This document shows, in pieces, positions 26,660 to 39,035 of a stretch of DNA of 64,000 bases (position 1 is its first letter; every line of letters starts with the position of its first letter). Origin of the DNA: Azolla caroliniana. Taxonomy: Eukaryota; Plantae; Polypodiophyta. A program made the position numbers and the translations under genes. The notes under the pieces are model-generated. The model did not search any database. It was not told the DNA's origin and saw nothing but the letters and a program-made list of their open reading frames with translations. The stretch spans positions 16,368,001 to 16,432,000 of the forward strand of contig JBHGNT010000015.1 in NCBI GenBank assembly GCA_043228905.1, read 5' to 3'.

Positions 26660-27323
26660 CAAATTCGGTTTTGGTTGACGAAGCTCGGTTCGGAGTTGAC
26701 TGTGAACCTTGTTGGAGTGCAGCCGGTTGGCTCACCCGATATCGTTCTAGTCGGATTTGAACCCGAGTCGGTTCGGCTTCGGAACTTGCTCGAATTGACT
26801 CCGGTAGCTTGAGGGACAGAACCGACTGGTCTTCCCGAATGTTGCCGAGTCGGAGTGAGCCCGGTTCGCTTCGGATATATGTGCCGAATACCGATTATTG
26901 AAACCGATTATCTGAACCGATTCTGCTTCGGGTGGCTGCAGCGACGAGAGAGACAGATCCAACTGATCCTCTCGAATGTCAATTAGCCGGATGAAGCACG
27001 AATTGGGGTTGTTGTCTTGAGACCGATCTGCACCGAGTGGTTACAACGAGCAGCGTTTGGAGACCTCTTCGGATGCCGTTTAACCGAATGGAGCACGATC
27101 GTGTCAATGATGCACAAGGGGATTTCACCTCGAGCGGTTACGATCACAAGGAGGGAAGTACAACCTGCTGGCTTACTCCAAGCAAAGATGATCTAACGCG
27201 ATGAGATGCAAACCTGTTTTTCTTCTTCTTCTCTCTTCTTCGAATGACGCAGGAAACCGAATGCAGAGACGACGGCCGACAGCGGATTGAAGGACCGACT
27301 ACTGTGCAGGCTCTGATACCAGA

Positions 27324-27608
27324 TGTTGGAAGCAATGTCGTCTGTGCGGAAGATCTTGAAGCACTCGATTCCTGTTTATTCCCTGTGTATGACAGAATGT
27401 AGGTCGTTGCACAGAGAGAGAGAGAGAGAGAGAGACACAAAAGTACTTCTTTATTGCATAAATAAAGAATACAACAACCAACCTCACAAAGAGGTTACAA
27501 GGTCACTATATATAGTGACCGACTTAGGGCAACTACCCTTTATGCTAATTACATAAATGGCCGAGACGGGATGGTGTGAATACGTCCATTATACACATGT
27601 ATTCGACA
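27324..27608 (-). repeat. 5' LTR of the intact copia element
   Basis: Direct repeat of 22170-22452, adjacent to the PBS. Confidence 0.95.
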
Positions 27609-28008
27609 CACCTCCTTCTGTCGGACTTGGATTTTCGCCCTTCTTAGTTTAGTTGGTGTTGATTTAGACTACTAGTTTAGTCCACAATCGGTCAATAAAC
27701 CACCACCACCTTTCGGTATCGCAATCCCCGTCTTCTTACATTGAAATACCGAAGTTGGAATTAGCATATTAGTACAACCATACTTTTTAATGTCATCAAT
27801 CTTCCGGAGTTTCATACTTAAATAACATTCATCCCAACAATAATCTTAAGTTTGAGCTTCTCCATCCGTTGGTCCTTTGGTGAGTCGTATATTGCCATCT
27901 CGTGACTCATGAATTTGGCAATGAATTATGACTCCATACATGTTCAAAGTTCTTTCAAAGTGGCATGGAAGTGGTTAATTGCTCTCATCTTCAACTTTCT
28001 CTTGTATG

Positions 28009-29359
28009 CATCAGCGGTTTGGGCCCTAGGACTACCATCTTTCATGTGGACGCAATTAGAGAGACCATTGGTGATGATGTTATCACGCCAACTCCGAAGC
28101 AAATCTTCGGTCCCACATGACATTATTAGGGCTGAGTTCACTCTACCCCCTATGTTAGTAGAAGCACTTTTTCAACTGGTAGTCTTTATACACAAGATAC
28201 ATAACCAACCACTTGATAGAATATCCCACCAAGCCTTTAAGGCTTCTCGAGCACTGTATGAGTCCAGCTATACTAGCTCATGGTATGGCATGATGGTGAG
28301 TTGGCTTCTTGCCAACGGTCTAGACATTACTAACCTCCCCCCCCTTAAGTACGACCACACGACTGTTAACACTTTAATCTCTCATGAGGACCATAATAAA
28401 GTAATACGCCAAGAAATATGGCAAATTTATACTCGGTATAAATGGATCACCCCACTAGAGCCACTCCCATCTAAAATGTCGTACTATAAGGAACACTTTA
28501 TGCACTTCTCTGAGTTAGGTTTTATCACGCGCCCAAAATATCTAGATGTATTCTTACCACATGCACTAAGGGTTGCCATTGGTCAACTTAGAATATCATC
28601 TCACCAACTTGAGATTGAGAATGGACGTACTAATGGAGTCCCTAGGGAGGAAAGGATATGTAGGTTATGCCACATAGAGATAGAGGATGAGTACCATTTT
28701 ACATGCAAATGCCCCACCTATGCCGAGATAAGGGCAAAATACCAAGACATACTTGGTTCCTCTCCCACCCTCCCTAAACTATTAGATACAATAGATATGA
28801 AGAAATTAGGTAGATACATCTTAGAATTGAAACAACACAGAGAGAATAAATTACAAAATGTTGATAATAATGTTGCTAATGTTTACCAACATATAACACA
28901 TGAAGTTTTTCAGGAACAGGGGGAGACAATGAATGTCGACACACCTGCACCACTCGGACTTCTCCTTGATGAAGCAGAAAATCAAAGAAGAACCAAACGC
29001 CCTCGGATGCCGGGTTTCAAAGCAACTCGACGAGATGTAGAAGCAATAAAGAAAATAAGGGAACGTGAACTACACCGCCTAGAAGCCATGGCTAGGGCAC
29101 TCTATGCATCGGGACCATGGGTCACACCCACACCAAAAACTTTTGACCTCCCACTTCTTTTTGAGAGACTTGGGTGGAAATGAGATTAGACTTAGTGCAA
29201 AGTTTTGTACACTACTAGAACTTTCTTAGCTTAAGCTATTTTCTTTTATTTTTAGTTTTGATGATTGGATAAACACTCATTTTTGTTGTAACCTATTTGT
29301 CTCATGGGCCAAATTTGGCCTTAGAAGACGTTAATATATCTTTCTTTCTTTCTTTCTTT
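28009..29359 (+). mobile_element. 5'-truncated non-LTR retrotransposon (RTE/RTE-X-like) with (CTTT)n tail
   Basis: Open frame to 29183 with post-RT LLYASAVW and LRISSHQLEIENGR..VPREERICRLC..EIEDEYHFTCKCPTY zinc finger, then 3' UTR and (CTTT)n. TSD TCTTGTATG at 28000-28008 and 29360-29368. The host frame rejoins across it (..IRSCQSYK|RKLKMRAI..). The clade label is tentative. Confidence 0.85.
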
Positions 29360-29368
29360 TCTTGTATG

Positions 29369-29620
29369 ATTGACAAGATCTAATGTATTTTACCTCGGGA
29401 TTAAAAAAATTCTGAATTGATGGTTGCCTTTCATAGTTGCCAAAGAATGATGTGCCACTACTCTTTTCGGGAGTTGATTGCTCCTCTTCCTCTATCTTCA
29501 ACCCTCTTGGAAGCACTACATGAATGCCATGTGCCTTCCATAAATGTTTTTCCATGTCCGATTTCTTTTGAAACCACTGTTGCTCGTGCCGTCATGACTC
29601 AATCGCTATACATGTTCTAG
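29369..29620 (-). pseudogene. N-terminal remnant of the interrupted DNA-transposon (Ulp1-bearing) gene
   Basis: ORF 29331-29555 (MEKHLWKAHGI, resembling the HxxxxH half of a zinc finger; RQPSIQNFF) continues into 27944-27999 once the LINE is removed. Confidence 0.5.
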
Positions 29621-30117
29621 ATTTGATCTCACCCACATTTGAACAACAAGAGTGGAGAAAAAAAGCAAGTCATAGAAAACCTATAAATAAGAGCTATTCT
29701 TAAGTAGAAAAAGAGATGGATGGGGATTTGAAGAAGAAAAGATTTATGTTTCCTCTCTCATACTCTTATACCCTAAAAGGAGAGATAGAAGAAAATAAAT
29801 TATGTAACAAAATAAGTCCATCAGATTGATGATCTAATAATAAAAAACTTTCCATGTTTCCTCTCTCATAGTCTCTTACTTTAACTTTGTTTATGTATAA
29901 GTATAATAATTAAGTGTTATTCATTCTCTCTTACTCATAAGCATAAGTAAGTATTATTCGATCTCGCATCTCGCATAATCTCTTACTCAAATATTTTCTT
30001 GTGCATAACTATCTTACTCTTATTCGAAGGAAATATCTCGTCTTAAAACTTAAAGTGCATAAATCATTTAGCCCTAAATCCTTCCGGTTTTGAACCTCGG
30101 CGGTTCCACATTAGCTG

Positions 30118-33100
30118 GTGGATTTTCACGACATAGGCTATGTCGAAACCAGAGATGACACAACTTACTCGATTTGGCATATCGAAAATGTCCTATTGGG
30201 GAAAGATGGCAAAAAAACCTACCTCAAAAACTTCTTGCATGTCCCAACCATCACGAAAAATCGGGTCTCAGTCGGCCAGATAGTAGAACAAGGCATGCAA
30301 GTGCAATTCAATAATGAAGGGTGCTTCATTGAAAAAGATGATCAAATCATAGCACACAGTCATCGAGAAGATCGAATGTTCATCCTCGAGTTGAGCGAGG
30401 TGAAGTCCGCCATGTTCGCAAACGACATCAAAGTCGAAATCGACTTGAAACTGTGGCACAAGCGAATCGGTCACATTAATCTCCAAAAGATTAAAAGGAT
30501 GCAGTCGAAAGGAGTCGTAATCGGATTTCCAACATTTACCGAGAAGGAGATTATGGTTGTATGTGAAGCTTGCAAATTTGGTAACCAACACCGACAACCA
30601 TTCCCAAAAGAAGGGAATGTGAGCAAAGGGATCCTGGATGTCATACATTCAGATGTATGGGGGTCGGCACAAACAACCACATTCGGCGGATGCCGATACT
30701 ATGTCATGTTTATCGACAACTTCTTGAGGCATGTCTAGATCTATCCGATGCGGCAGAAGAGTGAAGTGTTCGAACACTTCCAAAGGTTTAAAAACGAAGT
30801 CGAAAAAGCCGCAAGTCAACATGTTTGATCACGATGCCTTCAGTCGGATGGAGGCAAGGAGTATTTCTTAGATGATTTTACAGTGTACCTCTGAAACGAA
30901 GGAATTCGATGAAAGTTCTCATGTCGACACACACCTCAGCAAAATGGAGTAGCCGAACGAAAGAATCAGCACATAGTAGAGGTAGCAAGGGTCATGATGA
31001 ACGAGAGGAACCTGCCGAAATCATACTAGGCAGAAGTAGCTAACACAACCATCTACCTCATGAATAGATGTACAACCTCTGGGGTACACGACATAACCCC
31101 TCATGAGAAGTTCTTCGGAAAGAAGCTGAATCTATCACATATCCGAATATTCGGCTCGATCACGTACGTGCATATTCCCAACGAGAAGTGACAAAAGCTT
31201 GACCCAAAGTCGGAGAAATGTATCCTTGTAGGGAACTCACTCGAACAAAAGGGGTACAAATGTTACAATCCTTCTACTCGAAAAGTTGGAGTAAGTCGAG
31301 ACATCGTTTTCGACGAGTCGACATCCTAGTGCGACCCAAAAACGACTCTGATTTCGACTCCAGTCGACCCGGAATTGGCCGAACAAGAGATAGAAGACAA
31401 ATTTTTCGACTCGGACATATATTCGAAGAAAGTCTGATTATGACAAGGCTTAGTGGACCATAGGAGCCCTTGAGTGACCAAAGCACATCTTGGTCGAGTT
31501 CAAAACTCGACAAAGGGAAGGCCAAGATGTCGGAATACGAAGATCCAATCGACAACGAGTCAACTCACTCCCTTGACTTCGAAGGCCTAGACATCCTGAT
31601 CATCTGGACGAATGGAGCGAAGAAAGCCTTAGACTCTGCAAACGAGAAGCTCTGTCGCTCCACCCGAGAGAAAAACCCGGTGAGCCGATTAAGCTACGAT
31701 GAGTATATGGCATACCACTATGCCTTTATGATGAAGGTGGTAACTATTCGAGAACCGAAAACCTTTTCCTAGGTAGCAAAGGATCCGCGATGGATTGATG
31801 CCATGCATGAAGAAATGTAGGCTTTAAGCAAAAACAAGACATGGGATCTTGTTCCCCATTCTACACACAAGAAACCAATTGGCTGTAGATAGATCTATAA
31901 GGTAAAATATAATGTTGACGGCTCGATAAATCGTTATAAGGCACGACTCGTAGCTAAGGGATACGCTCACACACATGAGGTCGATTACGAGGAGACCTTT
32001 GCCCCGGTGGCAAAGATGATGACTATTCGGACACTCATTGCCCTCGCGGCTACAAAAGGGTGGCACCCCCATCATATGCATGTAAAGAACACCTTCCTAC
32101 AAGGCGAATTAAATGAGGAGGTTTTCATGATTCAACCACCCAGTTTCGAATCAAGCAAACACCCAAAAGTAGTTTGCCGGCTTCGGAAGCCTTTATACGG
32201 CCTCAAGCAAGCACCACGTGCTTGCCATTGGAAGATCACATAGTATATGCACCAAATCGGCTTCAGAATGTTGAAATTAGACAACTCCCTATACATCCGA
32301 AACGAGTCGAACAACCCAATTGTCATCATCTTGTACATGGATGATCTGGTCATCGGAGGAAAGGATCTCGTCGAGATCAATAAGGTCAAATTATTCCTAT
32401 CCGGCAGATTCGAAATGAAAGATATGCACGGGCTCCATTACTTCCTCAATATATGCATATTGATCTCTCAACAGCACTACATGGACGCAGAAGAGGCTGG
32501 CTATAAGGCTGATAGACGATTGACTCCCCGATTCGTCGTCTCCCTCGGTAGTGGAGCGATCTCTTGGAGCAGCAAAAAGCAGCTGACACTCGCACTATTG
32601 AGCATTGAGGTCGAATATAGGGGCGTGACAGTCGCCACATGCGAGGCCATCTAGCTGAAGCACATATTGAAGGATATGGGCGTTCTCATCAAGGATCCGA
32701 TTCTCCTATACTGCGACAACATGAGCAATATCTACTTGGCTCAGAACCCTGTGTTCCACCCGCAAACTAAGCATATCGAAGTGCACTATCACTTCATTGG
32801 AGAGTGTGTTCAAGTTGGAGATGTTGATTTACAACACGCCAACACGAATCTCCAGGTAGCTAACATCACAAAAGCACTGGGTATCAACAAGCTACGGCAG
32901 TTCACGATGAACCTTGGTCTCTCGATCACCGACCCACCCCGCTTGAGGGGGAGTACTGAAAAACAATAGTAATCATCGATATCAAACAACAGTCGATCGG
33001 CCAATCGAAGCTGACCAAAGGAGTCAAAGTACGATAACAATCGAGTTGAGGGCCGAACAAGGAGCATGAAGTAATCAAGCAGTTGAAAACCGAACAACTG

Positions 33101-33353
33101 AAACAACTCAAAAGCCGAAGTCATTTTAGCCGAATCAAAGTTTTTCGAAGATCGAACCAAACCAACGTTTCGACATCCGGAAGTTGTGTTCGAAGGGGCG
33201 TGTTGAGAATCGAACTCAACTTCCCATAGACACAGTGTTCACACTAGCCAATGGATATCGTACTAGGCTAGATTTGTAATTAGTAGAAAGGGCACTTGCC
33301 CTAGATCAAGACTGTTGGATGTAATTCTATTTTTACTAATACAGCTTCTGGTT

Positions 33354-33397
<44 letters not shown>

Positions 33398-33472
33398 CCT
33401 TACGTGTACTCACATGCACACACAAAGTTTGCTTCTGTTACATACCACCACCTACGTCTCACCTTCTTTACA
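30118..33472 (+). mobile_element. Decayed Ty1/copia element (protease end, integrase, RT, RNase H, 3' LTR 33201-33472)
   Basis: LWHKRIGH..CEAC, HSDVWGS, LYGLKQAPRA, LYMDDL and KHIEVHYHF, with many stops. Purine tracts at ~32945 and ~33192 precede a TGTTGAGAAT...CTTTACA LTR. 5' end missing. Confidence 0.9.
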
Positions 33473-33479
33473 CGAAGGT

Positions 33480-33900
33480 TATACAGGCTCTTACTATGTC
33501 GACAATCTAGACAATCGAAAGTCGACATCCGGCTACATATTCACCTATGGAGGCGGTGCCATATCATGGAGGTTGAGATTGCAAGAGTGCATGGAACTCT
33601 CGACAATAGAGCCTGAGTACATACCCGCATCAAAAGCAGCCAAGGAAGCAATCTGGCTACACCGATTGTCGGTCGATTATTTGGCTACAAACCGAATCGA
33701 CCATCCAGTGTTGACCATCTATTGCCATTAGGAATCCTATCTATCATGCAAAGAAGAAACATATTCAGGTGCGGTTTCATCATATCCGGACTCACAAGTT
33801 CGAAAGATCGACACCGAGGTGAACATCGTTGATTGCCTGATGAAGCCACTCCTAGATCAACGTTCAAAGCATTGAGGACAACGATGGAACTACGATAAGA
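33480..33900 (+). mobile_element. Copia RNase H fragment (Tork-like)
   Basis: DNRKSTSGYIFTYGGGAISWR..LQEC..LST.E.EY...KEAIWL in ORF 33315-33731. Confidence 0.8.
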
Positions 33901-34269
33901 AACTGAGCAGAAGAGAGCCGAACAAACAATCGCAACAAGTAAGTCGATGATTGGCCCGATTGGACGAACCGAAAAAGCTAAGTCCAAAGAATTGGAAAAG
34001 CCAAAGGCTTAGGATGTAACCGAGTGCGAGGATGTCGACTAGAAAGGAAACGATCGACAGGTGAGCGAAGCCAAAGACAAATTGAGGATCCAATGGGGAG
34101 CACATGATCTAGCACGAGTAGGAATCATACGATCAACTAGAGGCCAAGAGTCGGAATCGTACATGAGGCGATCCAAATGAACGAGCCGACTCGGAGGCAA
34201 GCCGACCCGAACCAATCAATCCAACCGACCCAATCCGACCGGCCCAGATAACATACGATACGGATTCCG

Positions 34270-34902
34270 TGTAAAGAATCGTGGTATGATTCTTTGCAAT
34301 TCAATAGGTTAGAGATGTGTTGTGTTGTGTGTGTGTGTGTGTGTGTGTTTGATAAGAGGAGAGGAGAGAGACACAAGATAGATAGAAAATAGAAATACTC
34401 AAGAAGATTGTATATTACAAAGGAGATTAATCGACACATTACAAAGTAGGAGGAGGGTGCTTTATATAGTCATCCTCTCTCTTCATTAACTACCAAAGCT
34501 CATCGGTCAAGCTCAACTCGGGTCGGTTCCTTTCGGTTGATATTCGCGTTGGCGTCAGCCAGTACCCGGTTTGGACAATGTCTGGTTTGTACTCCCCCTT
34601 AAGCTAGGCAAGTCAGAGATTGTTAGTCCAAGGTTTTACATGAATTGCCGACGCTTGTCGGCTCCTAGGGCTTTGGTGAAGATGTCGGTTTTTTTGAAGA
34701 TTTATGTTGATGTGTTGAAGGTCGACACCTCCAGCTTGAACACGCTCTCGGATGAAGTGGTAGTGTACTTCGATATGCTTCGTGCGCGCGTGGAACACTG
34801 GGTTCCGAACCAGATAAATATTGCTCATGTTGTCGCAGTAAAGGGGAGTTAGATCTTTGATGGGAATGCCTAGATCCTTCAAAATCCTCTCGAGCCATAT
34901 GG
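34270..34902 (-). mobile_element. Copia 3' fragment (RNase H end, PPT) with partial LTR
   Basis: LYCDNMSNIYLVRNPVFHARTKHIEVHYHFIRERV, PPT complement tactccccctt at ~34590. 34270-34508 matches LTR 48016-48260. Confidence 0.8.
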
Positions 34903-35499
34903 TGTCGTGAAGATTTCCGGCTATAGTGTGAAACCGAGGTGGAATAGGGCAAGTCGGTGGTATGCAACATGTGCACATGTATAGTAGGGAACGATGTATA
35001 GAATAAAAGGAGAGTATTTGTCCCACATTGTAACACCCTCCCCTCCTTGGTCTATAAAAGGAGGGAGGGGTCCCTTGTTGAGGGGTTGCCCATTTTGAGT
35101 TAGGAGGGTATATCGTTAGATTTAGGGTTAGGCAATTTCTCTTATTCTTCCTTTGTTCTAGGGTTTTCATCTTGGTAGTTTCTTTTTTTCTCTCTTATTC
35201 TTCTTCATCGTCGTGTGGGTTGAGAGTTCGTGTCTGTTTAGGGTTTGCTTCTATTCAATCTCCTGTGCAAGACCCTGCTTGGCGCAACGAGCCCTAGAGC
35301 TCCCCGATCAGCGGCTTGGCAGCAGACTGCTGCTGTAACCTAACCTACCTTGGTCCAGCTCCCTCCGGCTCGAAGCCGGGGTTGTATCTTTTCCCTTGTA
35401 ATATATATACTCATATCTGTTTGTGCATATTAGTGTATTTGGTGGTGTCGGGAGCATAGCCCCTTGTTTCCTGTGCATAAGAGTCGGTGTTGTGCGCAT

Positions 35500-35562
<63 letters not shown>

Positions 35563-37170
35563 TTCGGTTGCCTCCGGGACGTGTCCGGAGTCGGTTTCTC
35601 GGCATCCCTTCATCCCTCGTCTAGGATCCCCCTAGTCCCGCCCCTTTTACACGCATGTGCATAATAACGCGACATCGTTGGTGAACCCGACGTGAAGAGC
35701 AGCAATGGAGAATGGAGTTGGAAGAAGACGACTTCACGCAACTTTTTGTCGAAGCGGTGAGGGAGTTTGGACGAGCAACAACAAGAAGAGAGACGACGTA
35801 GCAAGCTGTTGAGCGAGTGGTCGAAAGAGTCAGCTGTTTCAACTGGGACACCGTCCCATTCTACTTGGAAGCCTACAACGCGGAAATGGAGGAGCGAGAC
35901 GTAGACGAGGCGTTGAGGCTGGGGTTCTTCTGTTGGGTCGTCGTTGTCCGCATGCACGTGGAAATGAAGGAGCTCCGAGAAGCTCATAGTTCGTGGGAGG
36001 CCTTCGAAGAGGCGCTCCTACAGGCATATGGAGGATGGCGGAAGAGCCGAGGGCGACGCGGCTTCGACCAGTGGGTGGCATCGATGAAGACCCACTGGGG
36101 CGCAACGAAGGCGTTCCGAGAGTTCGAGTGACGGCTTGCTCGGCTCCCGGAGCGGGAGCAAAGTTTGGTGGGGGCGGACAAAATCCTGTTGTTCGTTAGG
36201 TCAATTGATCGAGCGGAACGGGAGGCCATAGGGATTGAGGTCGAAGACGAGGACGGGGCGAATGGCCTTACGGAGGACTGGTCAAAGGTCGGAAGGGTAT
36301 GCCAACGAGTAGATGACGAACGGGCCGAGAAGGCTAGGAGGAAGGCGCGCGACGGCACGCCATCACAACGGGAAGAGGTCGAATGGCAAAGAGAGCCGGA
36401 AAGGCTCGGCTTCAGGGCTAGGATGGCGGAGGCGTATGCAGCTCTCGAGGCAATGCTTGAGGAAGAGGAAAGATTGAGGCCGCAAGATGACGCTGAGGAG
36501 ACGGACTTGGCCCGCGAGATGGCAGAAGATCGGTACGACGGTACCACGGGAGAGGGTGCGGAACAAAACACCCTCTCGGTTTGCGGAGATAGAACGGCTG
36601 AGGACAAGGCCGAGGTACTAATCGCAGAACCAGAATGTTGGGACCGGCGGTTTCGGGCATGTCAGCCCGAAACTCTGGACATTGGAGAAGCAATCCCAGG
36701 CAAGAAGACAACCACCGACCACGAGGAGCCGGTGGCTACGGACAAGGGCATAAATAGGACGGGCGATTCTATGCGTCTTCCACACTTGCTCCCGAGACGA
36801 TGGCAGTCGGGCTCGAGGAGGAAGGTGGCGGCGTGAGACCGAGAATCGTTGGCAAGACAATACGGGAAAAGAACGGACAAGAGCCCTCGGAACCGATTCC
36901 GGAGAACTCGGCATTCGGGCCCTTACGCCCACGTGAGACCAAGGAGATGGATGACGGTATTGAGGAGTCATGGCACGATGCTAGCGAAGATGGATGGGAA
37001 ACGGCCCGCGAGAAGGTCGACGAATGAACCAAGAAACGACCCGACCGGGGACCAAACCGCGCGGCAGTCCGATTCGGGTGGAGCGCGATCCGGTCGTGGA
37101 TTGTTCGACCGAGGCTAGAATCAGCATGAAGGTGCCCATACGGAAGAGGGTGCGGGACGAGCCACCCTAT
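34903..37170 (+). mobile_element. Ty3/gypsy-like element, 5' LTR 34903-35674, tRNA-Trp PBS 35679-35696, decayed gag-like ORF
   Basis: LTR bounded by TGTCG...CGACA with TATAAAAG, and PBS TGGTGAACCCGACGTGAA. The gag-like frame (FNWDTVPFYLEAYNAEMEERDVDEALRLGFF) is similar to the gag at ~46290-46410. No pol seen. Confidence 0.75.
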
Positions 37171-37189
37171 TTTACATGGGGAGAAAGAC

Positions 37190-39035
37190 CAACCGGGCGA
37201 TGGTTGGGAATCGTAAGGGTACTGAGGGTCACCTGTTTATCACATATGTCATTGTCGACAGCGCCTCAGCTCAAAACGTCTTGGGTAACTATGCATGTGC
37301 TAGCATATACCGGACCCTCTCCATTATCGTCCGGTTCATCCTCTCGGCCAGCCCGTTTAGTTCCAGCGTCTTCGGTACGGTAAATTCGAGCCGGATTCCC
37401 TTCGAGTAGTAGTACTCCTCGAACTGCCCCCGGTATTCTCCTCCGTTATCTACTCAAACCGCCTTCAGCATCCGACTGGTTTCTCTTTCCACTCTCGCGT
37501 GGACCTCCTTGAAGACGGATAACATCTGATCCTTCGTCTTCAACGGTGTGGCCCACAATTTTCGGTTGTGGTCATCTATGAATGTCACAAAGTACTGCGA
37601 TCCGGCATGTGACTTCGTGTCCACTTGACACAGATCGGTATGCACCCGCTCTAGTGGTGCATTACGTCTCATCGGTGGCCTTGAGCAGAAGGAGGTCCGG
37701 TTTTGCTTACCGGCCAGGCAGTCGATGCACTTCTCAAGATGCACATCTTTCACCGGAATGAGGTTGTCATCGGCAAGCCTCTTCATCCCCTTCTCACTCA
37801 TGTGACACAGTCTCTTGTGCCACAGCTCACCGGCAGTGTCGGATGCAACGTTCACTTCTTCCCGGCATAACCATGCATTCATCAGGTACAACGTGTTGAC
37901 TTTCTGGGCCCAAGCCACTATCAGGCTCCCTTTGCTGAATTTCATGACTCCGTTCCGGATGCTACTCGTGTAGCCTTCATCGTCTAGTTGACCGACTGAT
38001 ATTAGGTTCAATCGAACCTCTGGAACGTGTCAGACATCCTTTAGTAGTAGCTTGCATCCGGTTGGTGTTGTCAACCACACGTCTCCTATGCCAACAATTC
38101 GGCATGTACCTTCATTCCCCATCCGGACACAGTCGTGCTCACCGGCTGTGTAGGATGAGAGGCATTTCCTGTCCGGGGTCAGGTGGAACAACGCTCTAGA
38201 ATCGACAACCAACGTTGTCTTGTCGCTGGCAAGGTACAACTCACTCTCCTTGGTGATGAGCATAAACTCTTCTTCACTGAATTTGTTGTATAGGCTCATG
38301 TCGATGAAGCACCGTATGTACGTCATTGTCTTCATGTGCATCACCTCCCATATCGTGGCATCGATCTTGTCTGGTCTCTTGTCCCCGAACTGAACCGGCA
38401 ACCAAAGATCTTTAACCACGAGCATGTCCCTCATCTTCGACTTCCACATTGAGTAGTTGGAGCCGGTGAGCTTGAACATGCCTCCCAACGAATCTTCCAT
38501 TTTTCTGTGTCGTTTCACTCTGATGCCAGTTTGACAAGAACTATGCGGAATAATCTTCGGCCACAACCGAGACTTAGATCACTTCGATGATAATCAAACA
38601 CATAAAGATAAGAAATGGAAGTAGGTACATAGACAAAAGAGAATGCACAAGATGTTAACGTGGAAAACCACGGGAGTCCCCAAACTCCAACTATCACTAT
38701 GTACAGAGGCCACGACCTCTTGCTCTTAATCTTCGCCAGGTCGTGGTTACAACAGAGACTCTCTCTCTCTCTCTCTTTTCTTCTGCTATGCTTTGTATAA
38801 CAGTTACACCAATAACTCTATACAAAATAATGACGACACAATCCTAGGTCATATTTATACTAATATGACATTCGGGCTATTTACAGATATAGCCCCAAAG
38901 GGCTCTCAGAAACATATTTCCATATATGTCCCTTCATCCGGTGAGAGGTTCTCACCGGGCCTGCGTCATCCGGTTCTCACCAGGTCTTCCTTGCCGGGTA
39001 CTCATATCCCATTCAGAGGGACCGAAATCCTAACA
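37190..39035 (-). mobile_element. Decayed, internally deleted copia element (5' LTR 38532-39035, gag, protease, integrase)
   Basis: MFKLTGSNYSMWKSKMRDML, VVDSRALFHL, LWHKRLCH..CIDC and FVTFIDDHNRK. Degenerate PBS ctctgatgcca at ~38518-38528. LTR ends cctaaca. Confidence 0.88.

Larger units (their letters stand above)
22170..27608 (-). mobile_element. Intact full-length Ty1/copia LTR retrotransposon (Tnt1/Tork-like)
   Basis: LTRs 22170-22452 (283 bp) and 27324-27608 (285 bp), TG...CA, near-identical. 5-bp TSD CACCT (22165-22169, 27609-27613), PBS tRNA-iMet 27310-27321, PPT at ~22453-22460, uninterrupted polyprotein. Confidence 0.97.

Noticed and set aside
27909-28008. N-terminus of the 424-aa ORF
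   Set aside because: Lies outside the LINE's TSD. It is antisense host sequence fortuitously in frame, so the ORF is chimeric rather than a gene.
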